Source: Microcoleus sp. (GTDB lineage Bacteria; Cyanobacteriota; Cyanobacteriia; Cyanobacteriales; Microcoleaceae). Taken from it: a stretch of 64,000 nt of DNA. The stretch covers positions 352,001 to 416,000 of the forward strand of contig JAYFMW010000006.1 in the NCBI GenBank assembly GCA_042408215.1, given 5' to 3'. Both the position numbers and the translations under genes were made by a program. The notes below the pieces were generated by a model, which ran no database searches, was not told the origin of the DNA, and saw nothing but the letters and a program-made list of their open reading frames with translations. Of the stretch, positions 1-10,237 are shown piece after piece (position 1 is the stretch's first letter; each line of letters starts with the position of its first letter).

Positions 1-87
1 TTTTGGCACTGCACCCACATTTTCCAAGCCTTTACAGACCGAGTGCAGATTGCCCATGTCATAGTCTACTACTGCAATGACAGACAT
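1..87 (-). CDS. hisH: Imidazole glycerol phosphate synthase glutamine amidotransferase subunit, 5' part (runs off window)
   Basis: Manual translation MSVIAVVDYDMGNLHSVCKGLENVGAVPK is a typical HisH N-terminus (DYxMGNLxSV). Confidence 0.9.
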   Translation of the reverse strand, partial: MSVIAVVDYDMGNLHSVCKGLENVGAVPK

Positions 88-178
88 TGACTTACTTGCC
101 TTATATTATTAATAGAACTATTCTTGCATACAATTAGTCAGTTGTTATTGGTTATTTGTGATTGGTTATTTGTTACTT

Positions 179-218
179 CCAATGCCCAATGCCCAATGCC
201 CAATGCCCAATGCCCAAT
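179..218 (+). repeat. STRR heptamer tract (CCAATGC)n
   Basis: Direct tandem repeat visible; explains the spurious QCPMPNA N-terminal extension of the 162..746 ORF. Confidence 0.9.
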
Positions 219-230
219 TCCCAATCATTT

Positions 231-746
231 ATGACTAACAAAATCCTGCTAACATCCTTCGACACTTGGCAACCCCATCAAAAATCCAACTCTTCTGACG
301 ACTTATTAGCCAGAATTTCCCAGATTAAATCTTTGCCTTACTCCCTGACTTTCTTGAGGAAACTGCCAGTAGATTTCCAGCTAGCACCAAATTTAGCGAT
401 CGCCCAAATCAACCAAATCCAACCAGACACCATCATCTGCTGCGGTATGGCAGAAAGTTCCCAGAAATTAACCTTAGAATCTGGCGCTTGCTGCGATAAA
501 AACATTCTCAAAACAGCAGTTAATCTCGAAGATCTAATTACTGATTTACCCACAACCCTAATTAGTCATAATGCCGGAAAATTTGTTTGCGAAGCCCTTT
601 ATTATGCAGTTTTAAAACACCTTGCCGATGCTCAACTTAGCACCAAATGTATTTTCCTACACGTCCCAATTTTAACAGTAGAAAATACAGACATAATTAT
701 GGCAGATTTTTTATTAATTCTAAATCGCCTAACAATTGACAAATAA
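231..746 (+). CDS. Pyroglutamyl peptidase I (peptidase C15) family protein
   Basis: ILLTSF..W..H..SNSS, LPVD, E in TLES, SHNAGKFVCE (catalytic Cys), FLHVP (catalytic His); start moved to ATG 231 after the STRR. Confidence 0.85.
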   Translation: MTNKILLTSFDTWQPHQKSNSSDDLLARISQIKSLPYSLTFLRKLPVDFQLAPNLAIAQINQIQPDTIICCGMAESSQKLTLESGACCDKNILKTAVNLEDLITDLPTTLISHNAGKFVCEALYYAVLKHLADAQLSTKCIFLHVPILTVENTDIIMADFLLILNRLTIDK

Positions 747-769
747 TAACAGACTCTTCGACTCTTCGA

Positions 770-824
770 CCCTTCGACGAAGGGCTCAGGGCACCGATCG
801 CGCTCCCTGAGCGTAGTCGAAGGG
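770..824. repeat. Short palindromic dispersed repeat (CCCTGAGCGTAGTCGAAGGG family)
   Basis: Inverted arms cccttcgac...ctcaggg / ccctgagcgtagtcgaaggg; related copies near 38870, 47668 and 59964. Confidence 0.7.
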
Positions 825-864
825 CATCGCAATTGACAACTGCCAACTGACAATTGCCAACGTT

Positions 865-1347
865 CTAGCCGCCGTAATTCCAGCCAGTGCTTTCTAGCAG
901 CAAGGGCTCGCCCTCCCGGTGAATGCCGGCACCAACAACTTCACCCACATACACCGTGTGATCCCCGTGTTCCACAGCACCGACAACGTTGCACTCCACG
1001 TAACCCAAAGTGTCCGAAATAATCGGACAACCAGTTTCAGGCCCGGTATAAAATTCTACATCCTCAAATTTATCGCCGACGCGCCGCTGCTGTTTAAAGA
1101 ATTTCATAGCTAACTCTTTTTGTCCCGCTTCCAGGAAACTCAAAGCAAAGACACCGCTAGCTTTAATCATCGCGTGAGACTTGGAGTCTTGCTTAACGCA
1201 GTTAACCACTAAGGGAGGGGTAAAGGAAGATTGCATCACCCAGCTAGCGGTGAAGCCGTTGACTTCCTCGCCGTCTTTGACACCGCAGATGTATAGTCCA
1301 TGAGGGATTTTGCGGAGGATGGTCTTTTTCGCTTGTTCGTCTAGCAC
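865..1347 (-). CDS. Flavin reductase family protein
   Basis: GFTASWVMQSSFTPP and GDHTVYVGEV motifs. Confidence 0.9.
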   Translation of the reverse strand: MLDEQAKKTILRKIPHGLYICGVKDGEEVNGFTASWVMQSSFTPPLVVNCVKQDSKSHAMIKASGVFALSFLEAGQKELAMKFFKQQRRVGDKFEDVEFYTGPETGCPIISDTLGYVECNVVGAVEHGDHTVYVGEVVGAGIHREGEPLLLESTGWNYGG

Positions 1348-1556
1348 GGGCTTACCTGTTCGATCGATAACTCTACACCGCCCAGTTTACCTTTTGGAGC
1401 GCCCACAAACCAACTGTCCCAGGGGCGATCGGCAATATTGCCTGTTTCTCTTCTTTCTTTAACTTCGCGATCTTCGCGTCTTCGCGGTTCGTTAAATAGG
1501 CCTTCTTTAAGCGCGAATAAAGTAAACTTCAACTCAAAACTCACAACTCAAAAATA

Positions 1557-2393
1557 TTATGAAACCCCATACTTCTTAAACCAATCTTGCAGCCGCTTCC
1601 AACCATCCTTAGCTTCTTTTTCCCGGTAAGTGGGACGATAGTCGGCGTAAAAACCGTGCGGTGTATCTGGATAAAGGATGATTTCGGAACCGCTACTTCC
1701 AGTTTTAAGAACTTGCCGCATTTTCTCTACTGTATCGTTGGGAATCAAGTCGTCTTTGCCACCGTAAAGCCCCAATACAGGCACTTTGAAAGTTGCTGCA
1801 AGGTCGATCGCCCCTTTGGGAGTCAAAGCCGTAGAATCGCCAACCAAACGCCCGTACCAAGCCACTCCCGCTTTAACTTTCGGGTTGTGAGCCGCGTACA
1901 GCCAAACAATTCTGCCTCCCCAGCAAAATCCTGTAATTCCCAACTTATTAATATTGCCTTTTCCTGACTTTTGCGCCCAATCTACCGTAGCATCCAAATC
2001 CGACATAACTTGAGCATCGGGAACTTTAGAAACTACTTTGCTCACAATTTCTTGAATGTCGCTGATTTTAGAAACATCGCCTTGACGAGCAAACATTTCT
2101 GGGGCGATCGCCAAATAACCTAATTTAGCAAAACGGCGACAAATGTCTTGAATATGTGCATGAACTCCGAAGATTTCCTGAATTACTAAGATTACGGGAA
2201 AATTGCTACCCTTAGCTGGCATTGCTCTATATGCTGGAATTTGCCCGTCTTTCACGGGAATCTTCACTTCACCTGCAACTAAACCGCTAGCATCAGTGGT
2301 AATAACTGCCGCAGCAATAGGATGAACTGCTAAGGCAAATCCGGCGCTTAATGCGGTGACAGCGATAAATTGTCTGCGAGTCAATTCTTTCAT
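1557..2393 (-). CDS. Dienelactone hydrolase family protein with Tat signal
   Basis: TRRQF twin-arginine leader, QEIFG, GFCWGG nucleophile elbow, HGF. Confidence 0.92.
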   Translation of the reverse strand: MKELTRRQFIAVTALSAGFALAVHPIAAAVITTDASGLVAGEVKIPVKDGQIPAYRAMPAKGSNFPVILVIQEIFGVHAHIQDICRRFAKLGYLAIAPEMFARQGDVSKISDIQEIVSKVVSKVPDAQVMSDLDATVDWAQKSGKGNINKLGITGFCWGGRIVWLYAAHNPKVKAGVAWYGRLVGDSTALTPKGAIDLAATFKVPVLGLYGGKDDLIPNDTVEKMRQVLKTGSSGSEIILYPDTPHGFYADYRPTYREKEAKDGWKRLQDWFKKYGVS

Positions 2394-2469
2394 TGGTAAT
2401 GGGGAATAGGGAATAGGTAATAGGGAATAGGGTGGAGCGAAGCGGAGGGATTGGGCCTTGGTAATTGGA

Positions 2470-2793
2470 ACTAACTAATGACTAATGACTAATGACTAAT
2501 GACCAATGACTAATGACTAATGACTAATGACTAATGACTAATAATGACCAATGACTAACAACTACTGACTACTGACTAATGACTACTGACTAACAACTAA
2601 TGACTACTGACTAATGACTAACAACTAATGACTAATGACTACTGACTACTGACTACTGACTAATGACTACTGACTAATGACTAACAACTAATGACTAATG
2701 ACTAACAACTAATGACTACTGACTAATGACTAACAACTAATGACTAATGACTAATGACTAATGACTAATGACTAATGACTACTGACTAATGAC
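2470..2793 (+). repeat. Long STRR tract (TGACTAA/TGACTAC/CAACTAA)n
   Basis: About 320 bp of heptamer repeats; overlaps the cobM stop codon. Confidence 0.95.
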
Positions 2794-3565
2794 GAAACAG
2801 CCGATCGTGCTCTGGATGATAAAGACGCGATCGCCCTTCAACCTCCTTTCCCAACGCCGGACTAATCACATACATAGTCGTTCTAATCAAATTATTTTCG
2901 CGAGTAACAACAGCCATTTTGTCAAGAGGAACCAGCAAAATCTTTTCATCAGGCCAGCCCAACCGATAACAAATCGCCACAGGCAAATCTGATGGGTAAT
3001 GTTCCATCAATTTAGCTTGAGCCTGTTCGACATGGCGAGCACTCAAATACAAGCACAAACTGGCTTGATGAGCCGCTAAACTCGCCAATTCTTCCCGTTC
3101 CGGCACTTCTGTTCTGCCACTAATTCGGGTGAGAATAATTGTCTGCACAATGCCCGGCACTGTCAACTCAATTTTCAGTTTAGCTGCCGCCAGTTGGAAA
3201 GCGCTAATTCCCGGTATCACCTCAAAAGGAATTTCCGCTGCGGCTAAAGCTTGCATTTGCTCGCCGACAGCCCCGTAGAGACAGGGATCGCCTGAATGGA
3301 GGCGGACGACGCTTTTGCGATCGCGCACTCGTTCCACCATCAAAGGTACAATCTCTTCCAGCGTCTTATCCGCAGTCTGAATAATTTCAGCATCCGCGCG
3401 CACCCCCTGCAAAATTTGCTCTGGTACTAGGGAATCAGCAAACAATATCACATCGGCCGCAGCCAGTAATTTTTGAGCTTTGACAGTCAATAAATCTGGA
3501 TCGCCCGGCCCTGCACCCACAATATACACCCCAGGCATGAGGGATTCAGCCTTTGTTAAACTCAT
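2786..3565 (-). CDS. cobM: Precorrin-4 C11-methyltransferase
   Basis: VYIVGAGPGDPDLLTVK, RLHSGDP, QTIILTR, SRLY C-terminus. Confidence 0.93.
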   Translation of the reverse strand: MSLTKAESLMPGVYIVGAGPGDPDLLTVKAQKLLAAADVILFADSLVPEQILQGVRADAEIIQTADKTLEEIVPLMVERVRDRKSVVRLHSGDPCLYGAVGEQMQALAAAEIPFEVIPGISAFQLAAAKLKIELTVPGIVQTIILTRISGRTEVPEREELASLAAHQASLCLYLSARHVEQAQAKLMEHYPSDLPVAICYRLGWPDEKILLVPLDKMAVVTRENNLIRTTMYVISPALGKEVEGRSRLYHPEHDRLFRH

Positions 3566-3653
3566 TACTACTAAAAAATTTGCTAAATTTGCCTGCCATT
3601 CCGGATGCACCTCTTTCGGCTAGAAGAAAGGGATGGTAGATGCACCCTGGTTT

Positions 3654-3684
3654 AAACCCTAGAGATTAATCTCTGGGGTTTTTT
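3654..3684. terminator. Hairpin downstream of lgt
   Basis: aaaccctagaga-ttaa-tctctggggtttt inverted repeat with A/T tails. Confidence 0.55.
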
Positions 3685-4576
3685 ATTGATCTTCAGGAGA
3701 CTGCTGAGGGAGTTCTGCCCGATCGCATTTAGGGGAAACAACATCCGGCAAAGGTCGATCGACCAAATAAAGCCAAGCCAACCCGCCCAATCCCAAAACA
3801 ATCCCAGTCAAGCTTACCATCTGTGCTGTCCGCAACGGTCCGAACATCAAACTGTCCGTTCGCAACCCTTCAATCCAGACTCTACCGGAACTGTAAGCCG
3901 TCAAATAAACCAAAAATAAACTACCGGTTTTCAAGCGAATTTTACCCTGCACATCACGGAAAAACAAAGTCAGCAGCAACCCAAATACTGTCAAATTCCA
4001 CAGGGATTCGTAGAGAAATGTGGGGTGAAAATATTCAAAATTGGCGTAGGGCTGTGGGCGATGTTCTAGGGGAATATACAGTTTCCAAGGTAAATCTGTA
4101 GGACTGCCAAAAGCTTCGGAGTTAAAGAAATTTCCCCAGCGTCCAATTGCTTGACCAAGAATTGCCGAAGGCGCGACTAAATCGGCCAATTTCCAAAAAG
4201 AAACTTGCTGAATTTTCGCAAAAATTAAAGCCGCCATCGTGCCGCCCAACATCGCCCCATGAATAGCAATTCCGCCTTTCCAAATCGCCATAATATCCTC
4301 CGGGTGCTGGGCGTATTGCTGCCACTCGAAAGCAACGTAATAAATTCTGGCACAGGGAATAGCGCCCACAACTAGCCAGATTGCCAAGTCGCCCAGCAAT
4401 TCGGGGTTGATGCGACGCTTGGCGGCTAAGTATTGGGAAAGACTGACCCCAATCAAGACGGCAGAAGCAATCAACAAGCCGTACCAGCGGATCGCTAGGG
4501 GGCCGAGTTGAAAGATAATCGGGCCGGGGGATGTAAATTGAAACCCGATCGGCAGCGTGAAGATATTTAGCACCAT
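3683..4576 (-). CDS. lgt: Prolipoprotein diacylglyceryl transferase
   Basis: [33 protein letters not shown]. Confidence 0.97.
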   Translation of the reverse strand: MVLNIFTLPIGFQFTSPGPIIFQLGPLAIRWYGLLIASAVLIGVSLSQYLAAKRRINPELLGDLAIWLVVGAIPCARIYYVAFEWQQYAQHPEDIMAIWKGGIAIHGAMLGGTMAALIFAKIQQVSFWKLADLVAPSAILGQAIGRWGNFFNSEAFGSPTDLPWKLYIPLEHRPQPYANFEYFHPTFLYESLWNLTVFGLLLTLFFRDVQGKIRLKTGSLFLVYLTAYSSGRVWIEGLRTDSLMFGPLRTAQMVSLTGIVLGLGGLAWLYLVDRPLPDVVSPKCDRAELPQQSPEDQ

Positions 4577-4749
4577 GAAAGTTGGATTAATTTTGGTGGA
4601 AAGTAGTTAAATTTGCATACTCTTTAACAAACTACAGAGTTTATTTTAGGTGGCTGCGGTCATTTAGATGCACTTTTTCCGGGATTTAGCCAAAAATTCA
4701 CTTGTTCGTGGAAATTTCTGTCAGGAGTTTTCTCTGTGAGTCCACCATC

Positions 4750-4841
4750 AGATCCCCCCTAACCCCCCTTAAAAAGGGGGGAACCGGAGAATTCTTAAAG
4801 TCAACCCCTACTCCCCTTCTTAAGGGGGATTTAGGGGGATC
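4750..4841. repeat. G/C-run palindromic repeat (CCCCCTAA..CCCCCTTAA...TTAAGGGGG..TTAGGGGG)
   Basis: Long imperfect inverted repeat; same core at about 23908, 28765, 35055, 43060, 52810 and 63508. Confidence 0.85.
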
Positions 4842-4926
4842 GAGACTTCTGTCTTTTTGAGGTTCGACGGCAGCTTTGGTCGAAAAGTTTTAAGATAGAG
4901 GATGGCTTTAAATTTTTTGATGACCT

Positions 4927-6036
4927 ATGTCCCCTACCTCCGTTTCTGTTGTGCACTCTTCTGGTAATTCCAAAGGTGCGAATCAGTCTGGCAAGACTGG
5001 TACTTTTGCTGTTGAGTCTGGTAAAATTCCGCCCTTGTTGGGGGCGAGTTTGGCTGAGTTAACGGAGTGGGTGCAGCAACAGGGCCAACCTGCTTATCGC
5101 GGAAAGCAGTTGTACCAGTGGATTTATGAGAGAGGGGCCCGATCGCTTTCTGAGATTTCTGTATTCTCGAAACAGTGGCGCGAGACTGTTGCTAATATTC
5201 CGATCGGGCGATCGACTATTCACTATCGATCGGTTGCACCAGACGCCACCGTCAAGTATCTCTTAAAATTAGCAGACGGTCAAATCATTGAAACAGTCGG
5301 CATTCCCACCGAAAAACGGCTGACAGTCTGCGTATCTGCACAGGTTGGCTGCGCGATGGGCTGCGATTTTTGCGCTACAGGAAAAGGCGGTTTTAAGCGC
5401 AACTTAGAAAAACACGAAATAGTCGATCAAGTATTAACTGTTCAGCAAGATTTCGGGCGTAGAGTCAGCCACATCGTATTTATGGGCATGGGAGAACCAT
5501 TGCTGAATGCCGATAATGTTGTAGCTGCTGTTAAATGTTTGAATGAAGACGTCGGAATTGGACAGCGAAATATCACCATTTCCACAGTAGGAATTCGCAA
5601 TCGCATTCGCAAATTAGCCGAACAGCACTTGCAAGTTACCCTCGCTGTCAGTCTCCACGCTTCCAATCAAAGATTGCGCGAAGAATTAATTCCTAGCGCC
5701 CACCCTTATCCTTTGGATGAGTTAGTAGCAGAATGTCGCGAATATGTTCAATCCACGGGGCGCAGGTTGAGTTTTGAATATGTGCTTTTAGCAGGTGTGA
5801 ATGATTTGCCAGAACACGCGGCGGAGTTAGCTGGTCATTTGCGCGGCTTTCAGTGTCACGTCAATTTGATTCCTTACAATCCGATTCAGGAAGCTGAATA
5901 TAAACGGCCTACTCCCAATCGAATTAACAGTTTTGTTGCGGTTTTGAAGGAGAAGAAAATTGCAGTTAGCGTGCGGTATTCTCGCGGGTTGGAGGCGGAT
6001 GCGGCCTGCGGGCAATTGCGGGCTTCTGAGGTTTAG
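4927..6036 (+). CDS. rlmN: 23S rRNA (adenine2503-C2) methyltransferase, radical SAM
   Basis: [38 protein letters not shown]. Confidence 0.97.
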   Translation: MSPTSVSVVHSSGNSKGANQSGKTGTFAVESGKIPPLLGASLAELTEWVQQQGQPAYRGKQLYQWIYERGARSLSEISVFSKQWRETVANIPIGRSTIHYRSVAPDATVKYLLKLADGQIIETVGIPTEKRLTVCVSAQVGCAMGCDFCATGKGGFKRNLEKHEIVDQVLTVQQDFGRRVSHIVFMGMGEPLLNADNVVAAVKCLNEDVGIGQRNITISTVGIRNRIRKLAEQHLQVTLAVSLHASNQRLREELIPSAHPYPLDELVAECREYVQSTGRRLSFEYVLLAGVNDLPEHAAELAGHLRGFQCHVNLIPYNPIQEAEYKRPTPNRINSFVAVLKEKKIAVSVRYSRGLEADAACGQLRASEV

Positions 6037-6075
6037 CTGCGGGTATCTAACAGCGATCGCATTTTACGTTTAGCG

Positions 6076-6262
6076 GTAAGGTTCCCATTGTGCACCCTAC
6101 AAATAACAGCACCCTACAAATAACAGGTAAGGTGCGCCCTGGGCACCCTACAAATAACAGGTAAGGTGCGCCCTGGGCACCCTACAAATAACAGGTAAGG
6201 TGCCCATTGTGCACCCTACAAATAACAGGTAAGGTGCCCATTGTGCACCCTACAAATAACAA
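6076..6262 (+). repeat. Tandem array of about 34-bp REP-like hairpin units (GTAAGGTGC..GCACCCTACAAATAACAG), 5 full units plus 1 partial
   Basis: Direct reading; two loop variants (CCATTGT and GCCCTGG). Confidence 0.9.
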
Positions 6263-6263
6263 C

Positions 6264-6368
6264 TATAGCGGCTCTCAAGACTCGTGAGGTACAAGCCGAT
6301 CAATGCCCTATGCCCTATGCCCTATGCCCAATCCCCAAGCGTACCTCATTGAACAGAGAAGGGCTATA
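6264..6368. mobile_element. MITE-like element with an internal (TGCCCTA)n tract
   Basis: Terminal inverted arms tatagc..tctc..tgaggtac / gtacctca..gaga..gctata. Confidence 0.55.
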
Positions 6369-6377
6369 ACCTGATAT

Positions 6378-7202
6378 TTAAACAGTTTCCTCGATTAAAT
6401 CTGCTTCAGCTTCCCGGCGTCTTGTCATACCTTTTTCAATGGGCGTTCCCAGCCAAATCCGTTTCATTTTGCGGATTTGTTAGGCAATTTTATTCACATT
6501 TTTTTGCGTTACTAAATCGCGAACTACACGCATTTCCAGGCGGCGGTTTCCCTGCATACTTGTGCCGCGATTGAATACCAAACTTACCAATCCTCCTTGA
6601 ACATTTGCGGGCAATTCTTCAAAACCGGGAAATGCCTCTTTTGTCAGATTGTAAAATTTCGGCACTGTGACAACATTAAAAACTTCCCAGGCTAATTCCC
6701 AGGGAACAATAATGTCTCTAACACTATCTAAACGTTGTTTTGCTGCATCCTCTGTCAACCCGCAGCAATCACTCAAACGCTGTTGCTCAACATCTCCTAA
6801 TTTGTGGCAATCTTGGTGAAAAACTTCTATACTATTGTAACCGAGGTCGTAGCCGATGCCGATCGTAATTCCTGATTGTCCTTCCGGCCAAGTTGGACTC
6901 TGCAAAAACTTTTCGTAATATTGCTGTCCGCCACCAATCTCGAATTCCAAAATTAGTTGAATTGCCTTATAGGATAAAAGTGACGACCCCAGCAGTTCCC
7001 CAGGGAACAAAGCAGTCAGGGTTTTGACGCCAGCAACTCCATCGGCAACAAGGTCTTGATTACTCTGAAATTGCTTCACCGCTGCTTCTGTTTTCGGCCC
7101 AAACTTACCATCTGCACTCCCTGAATTCAATCCCAATTCCAGCAAGCGTTTTTGCAGTTTAAGAACATCGGAACCTGACGCACCTACTTTTAGAGTTTGC
7201 AC
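6378..7202 (-). pseudogene. Peptidoglycan-binding domain plus lysozyme-like muramidase, with in-frame TAA at 6480-6482
   Basis: N-terminal PG_binding_1 (DGKFGPKTEAAVKQFQ), SGITIGIGYDLG, LVSLVFNRG; the frame continues past the TAA as QIRKMKRIWLGTPIEKGMTRRREAEADLIEETV to a stop at 6378. Confidence 0.8.
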
Positions 7203-7270
7203 AATCTGTTTCCCTTTGATACTATAGGCAAATTTATTTTTGGTTCAAATCAAACCATAAATTAGGCATC

Positions 7271-7305
7271 AAAAAAATCCGGTTTCTTCAAGAAACCGGA
7301 TTTTT
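7271..7305. terminator. Bidirectional intrinsic terminator-like hairpin after fcl
   Basis: aaaaaaatccggtttct-tca-agaaaccggattttt. Confidence 0.75.
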
Positions 7306-7310
7306 CACGC

Positions 7311-8255
7311 TCACGCGGCGTGTTTTCGATACCACTCTATCGTATTTTTTAACCCTTCCTTAAACTCCGTCTGTGCGGTAAACCCAAACGCATTTTTTGC
7401 CCTTTCTGTATCCAAACATCGGCGCGGCTGACCGTTCGGTTTATCTGTTTCCCAAACAATTTCGCCTTGAAACTCCATCAATTCGCAAATTAACTCGATC
7501 AACTCTCGAATGGGGATTTCATAATTCGTTCCCAAATTCACCGGTTCTGAGTCATTGTAATTCTGGGTTGCCATCACAATTCCCCGCGCGGCATCTGTGG
7601 AATACAAAAACTCGCGGGTAGGGCTACCATCGCCCCAAACTGGTAATGTTTTGTCTCCCCTTTCTTGGGCTTCGTGGACTTTCCGAATTAACGCGGGGAT
7701 GACGTGAGAACTCTTGGGGTCAAAGTTATCTTCCGGGCCGTATAAATTGACTGGGAGCAAGTAGATGCCGTTGAATCCGTACTGCTGGCGATAGGATTGC
7801 AGTTGCACTAATAAGGCTTTTTTTGCTATTCCGTAAGGGGCGTTTGTTTCTTCTGGGTAGCCGTTCCAGAGGTCATCTTCTTTGAAGGGAACGGGAGTGA
7901 ATTTGGGATAAGCACAAATTGTGCCGACGCAAACAAATTTTTCGACTCCGGCTTCGTAGGCTGCGTGAATTAGTTGCGCGCCCATCATCAAGTTGTCGTA
8001 AAATAATTCAGCGGGTTTTAGTTGATTTAAACCAATGCCGCCGACGTGGGCGGCGAGGTGAATTATGATATCTTGTTGGTTGGCGGCGCTTTTGCAGTTT
8101 TCCATGATGCGGAGGTCGCAATCGCGCGATCGCGTTACCGCAATTTTCTGAGCATCAGCCCCCGCTTTCACTAATTGGTCTATTACCTGACGACCCAAAA
8201 AACCGGCGCCGCCCGTTACCAGAATCCGCTTGTTGCTTAAATCTAAGCTGGTCAT
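7311..8255 (-). CDS. fcl: GDP-L-fucose synthase
   Basis: [49 protein letters not shown]. Confidence 0.95.
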   Translation of the reverse strand: MTSLDLSNKRILVTGGAGFLGRQVIDQLVKAGADAQKIAVTRSRDCDLRIMENCKSAANQQDIIIHLAAHVGGIGLNQLKPAELFYDNLMMGAQLIHAAYEAGVEKFVCVGTICAYPKFTPVPFKEDDLWNGYPEETNAPYGIAKKALLVQLQSYRQQYGFNGIYLLPVNLYGPEDNFDPKSSHVIPALIRKVHEAQERGDKTLPVWGDGSPTREFLYSTDAARGIVMATQNYNDSEPVNLGTNYEIPIRELIELICELMEFQGEIVWETDKPNGQPRRCLDTERAKNAFGFTAQTEFKEGLKNTIEWYRKHAA

Positions 8256-8340
8256 GTTCTTATCCTCATGTTCAATAAAGGTCGATCGACAATCTCAAAT
8301 CTAAAACTATTGTCCGAACCAAACAAACTGTTAGAGGACT

Positions 8341-8446
8341 TATAGCCGAAGTCAGAAGTCAGAAGTCAGAAGTCGATGGGTCAATGCAATTCCCCGCAAT
8401 GGTTTCAGCAATTAATCACGTCCGGTGGAACCGCTCAGGTTGCTAT
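8341..8446. mobile_element. MITE-like repeat carrying an (AGAAGTC)n tract
   Basis: Shares caatggtttcagcaattaa and ggttgctat ends with the inverted copy at about 62406-62509. Confidence 0.6.
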
Positions 8447-8694
8447 CTGTCAACTTATGACCTTTCTGTTTGAGGGTCGATCGCTAATAGCATTTAAGTA
8501 GCCGGACAATTGATCGACGCAACTATCTTCGCTCTTTGTGCAAGCTGTCGAATTTTGTCCACCTAAAATGCGGCAAGGGGGCGGACACTATAACCGAGGC
8601 GGACATATCGAGCCGTAAGGCGAGTACCGCCGATGGTTGAGTGTCTGGGGAATTGCCGCCAGAAAATAAATTGAGCGACAGCGAATCCATTGAT

Positions 8695-9978
8695 TCAAGA
8701 TGCGTATTCATAGCCATCAGCCTTAGGAATAGTTTTCAAATATTTCGGATGCACGTCAAACTTTCTGCCCCCGGTTGTTAGCGTAAAACTTGGTTTGAAT
8801 CGAATCGCAATCCGACCCGTATAAGTCCCTGCATATTTTCCGGTTAGAACGTTGGCTTTGACTAAATCTCCAGTTTGAAAACCCATGAAGAATTTAGCAG
8901 CAGGGGCATGACGGATAGGGAAGCCAAACTTATCGGTACCGCAACGTTGCCTTCTCCCCTGTCCTTTAGCTTTAATAACTAAAGGTTTAACACCCTTGAG
9001 CAATAACGTTTCAGGAGTTGATACCCCAACACAAGCTGCATCAGTCCAGTGTGTTTTTTCAATCCCCCTAGTCTTGCGGTTAAACTTTGTGCGACCTCCC
9101 GAATCAACTTCTACAGACAACCCCGTTAATTGAAGTCTTCTGTACAATTCCCATCGGGTAGTATTGACAGCAGCAGCATCCTGAAGAGGCGCTTTGGCTT
9201 GGGCTAACACTCGCTTGAGAACTTCCGGTTTCTTTTTTAAGAACTCCTCAACAGGTTTATTTCCTTTGGCTTGGTTGCAGGCATGACAACTGAGACAAAG
9301 GTTCCTGATTCGATTTGAGCCCCCCTTGCTTTTTGCCAGGATGTGTTCGATCTCAAATGGAACATTCTCGATACCACAGTAAGCGCATTTTCTACCCCAT
9401 TTTTGAAGCAAGTATTCCTTGACTTCAAAACTGAATAGCTCACCTCTTTGATACTCTATCCCGCTAATCTCAGGATTTTCGATCTGCTGCAAGTCAAATC
9501 TAACCAACTCTTGAGAAATGGCTGTAATTGGGCACAGTTTCTTAATCCGCCTCACCCAGGTTTCGATGTTGGCGATGCGACTCTCAAGTGATGGTGGCAA
9601 CCATCCAGGATTACGAGTTCTGTTTAAAAAACGAGGCTCACGGTAACGAGTTTTACGATTACGGCGACCTCTTCTTAAAGCTCTACGAGACTCAAGGGAA
9701 TTCTTGATTTGTTGTCCTCGGTGTGAGATTTCAAAAGCGTTTGTGACACGCCCTGTCTCTTCTTGAACAATAGCGATTCCGGTTGTTTTGCTACCCGGAG
9801 CGATTTTAATTCGATGTGGATGAGTTGCTGAATCTTCAACAGTTCTATCCTGTAGAACAATGGTGAACGGATAGCGTCTGTATACTTTAGCCCTCCTTTT
9901 TTGTCGTAATTCTCTTGCCCGTGCTGGATGGCAGGGGTCAAGAGGATTTAGGTTCCTATCTAAGACGAAAACTCGCAT
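8695..9978 (-). CDS. iscB: RNA-guided endonuclease IscB (RuvC-I Asp replaced by Ala)
   Basis: PLMP-like N-terminus (VFVLD..LNPLDPCHPARAR), bridge helix RRALRRGRR, WLPPS, QELVRFD, HNH (EIEHI..SKGGSN..NL..SCHACNQAKGN), KTHWTDAAC. Confidence 0.95.
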   Translation of the reverse strand: MRVFVLDRNLNPLDPCHPARARELRQKRRAKVYRRYPFTIVLQDRTVEDSATHPHRIKIAPGSKTTGIAIVQEETGRVTNAFEISHRGQQIKNSLESRRALRRGRRNRKTRYREPRFLNRTRNPGWLPPSLESRIANIETWVRRIKKLCPITAISQELVRFDLQQIENPEISGIEYQRGELFSFEVKEYLLQKWGRKCAYCGIENVPFEIEHILAKSKGGSNRIRNLCLSCHACNQAKGNKPVEEFLKKKPEVLKRVLAQAKAPLQDAAAVNTTRWELYRRLQLTGLSVEVDSGGRTKFNRKTRGIEKTHWTDAACVGVSTPETLLLKGVKPLVIKAKGQGRRQRCGTDKFGFPIRHAPAAKFFMGFQTGDLVKANVLTGKYAGTYTGRIAIRFKPSFTLTTGGRKFDVHPKYLKTIPKADGYEYAS

Positions 9979-10224
9979 TACTTTGAACTCTCAACTTGCG
10001 TTGGTATGGTTTGCCTCGCCAATGTTATAAGAGCTTTTTGAGCCTGAAGCACTGGTTTTTCCTATAGCCTGTTTAACTTCAGACGACAGAGCCTAAAACT
10101 GGCACGCATTCTAGGGTGTCATGACTCAAATAACGGAGTTCCTAACAGGAACTAAGGCTGGTCAACAAGGCTTACAATTTCTTGCAAGCCTACACTGTAC
10201 CGAAGGTCAGTGTAGGTAGTTGAC
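9979..10224 (-). ncRNA. IscB omega-RNA scaffold
   Basis: Directly upstream of iscB: GTCAAC...GTTGAC adaptor stem followed by CAGCCT, internal hairpins tacactgacc-ttc-ggtacagtgta and agttcct-gtt-aggaact, and CATTGGCGAGG near the 3' end. Confidence 0.8.
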
Positions 10225-10237
10225 TTAGCTTGACACC

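Larger units (their letters stand above)
8563..10224 (-). mobile_element. Non-autonomous IS200/IS605-superfamily IscB element (omega-RNA + iscB + terminal hairpin), no tnpA
   Basis: Starts GTCAACTACC on the minus strand at 10224 and ends in a long GCGGCAA..TTGCCGC hairpin (8570-8659); the lower boundary is inferred. Confidence 0.8.

Noticed and set aside
162..230. N-terminal extension of the peptidase C15 ORF
   Set aside because: It is translation through a (CCAATGC)n STRR; the real start is probably ATG 231
6076..6262. Possible CRISPR array
   Set aside because: No unique spacers; units are contiguous REP-like hairpins
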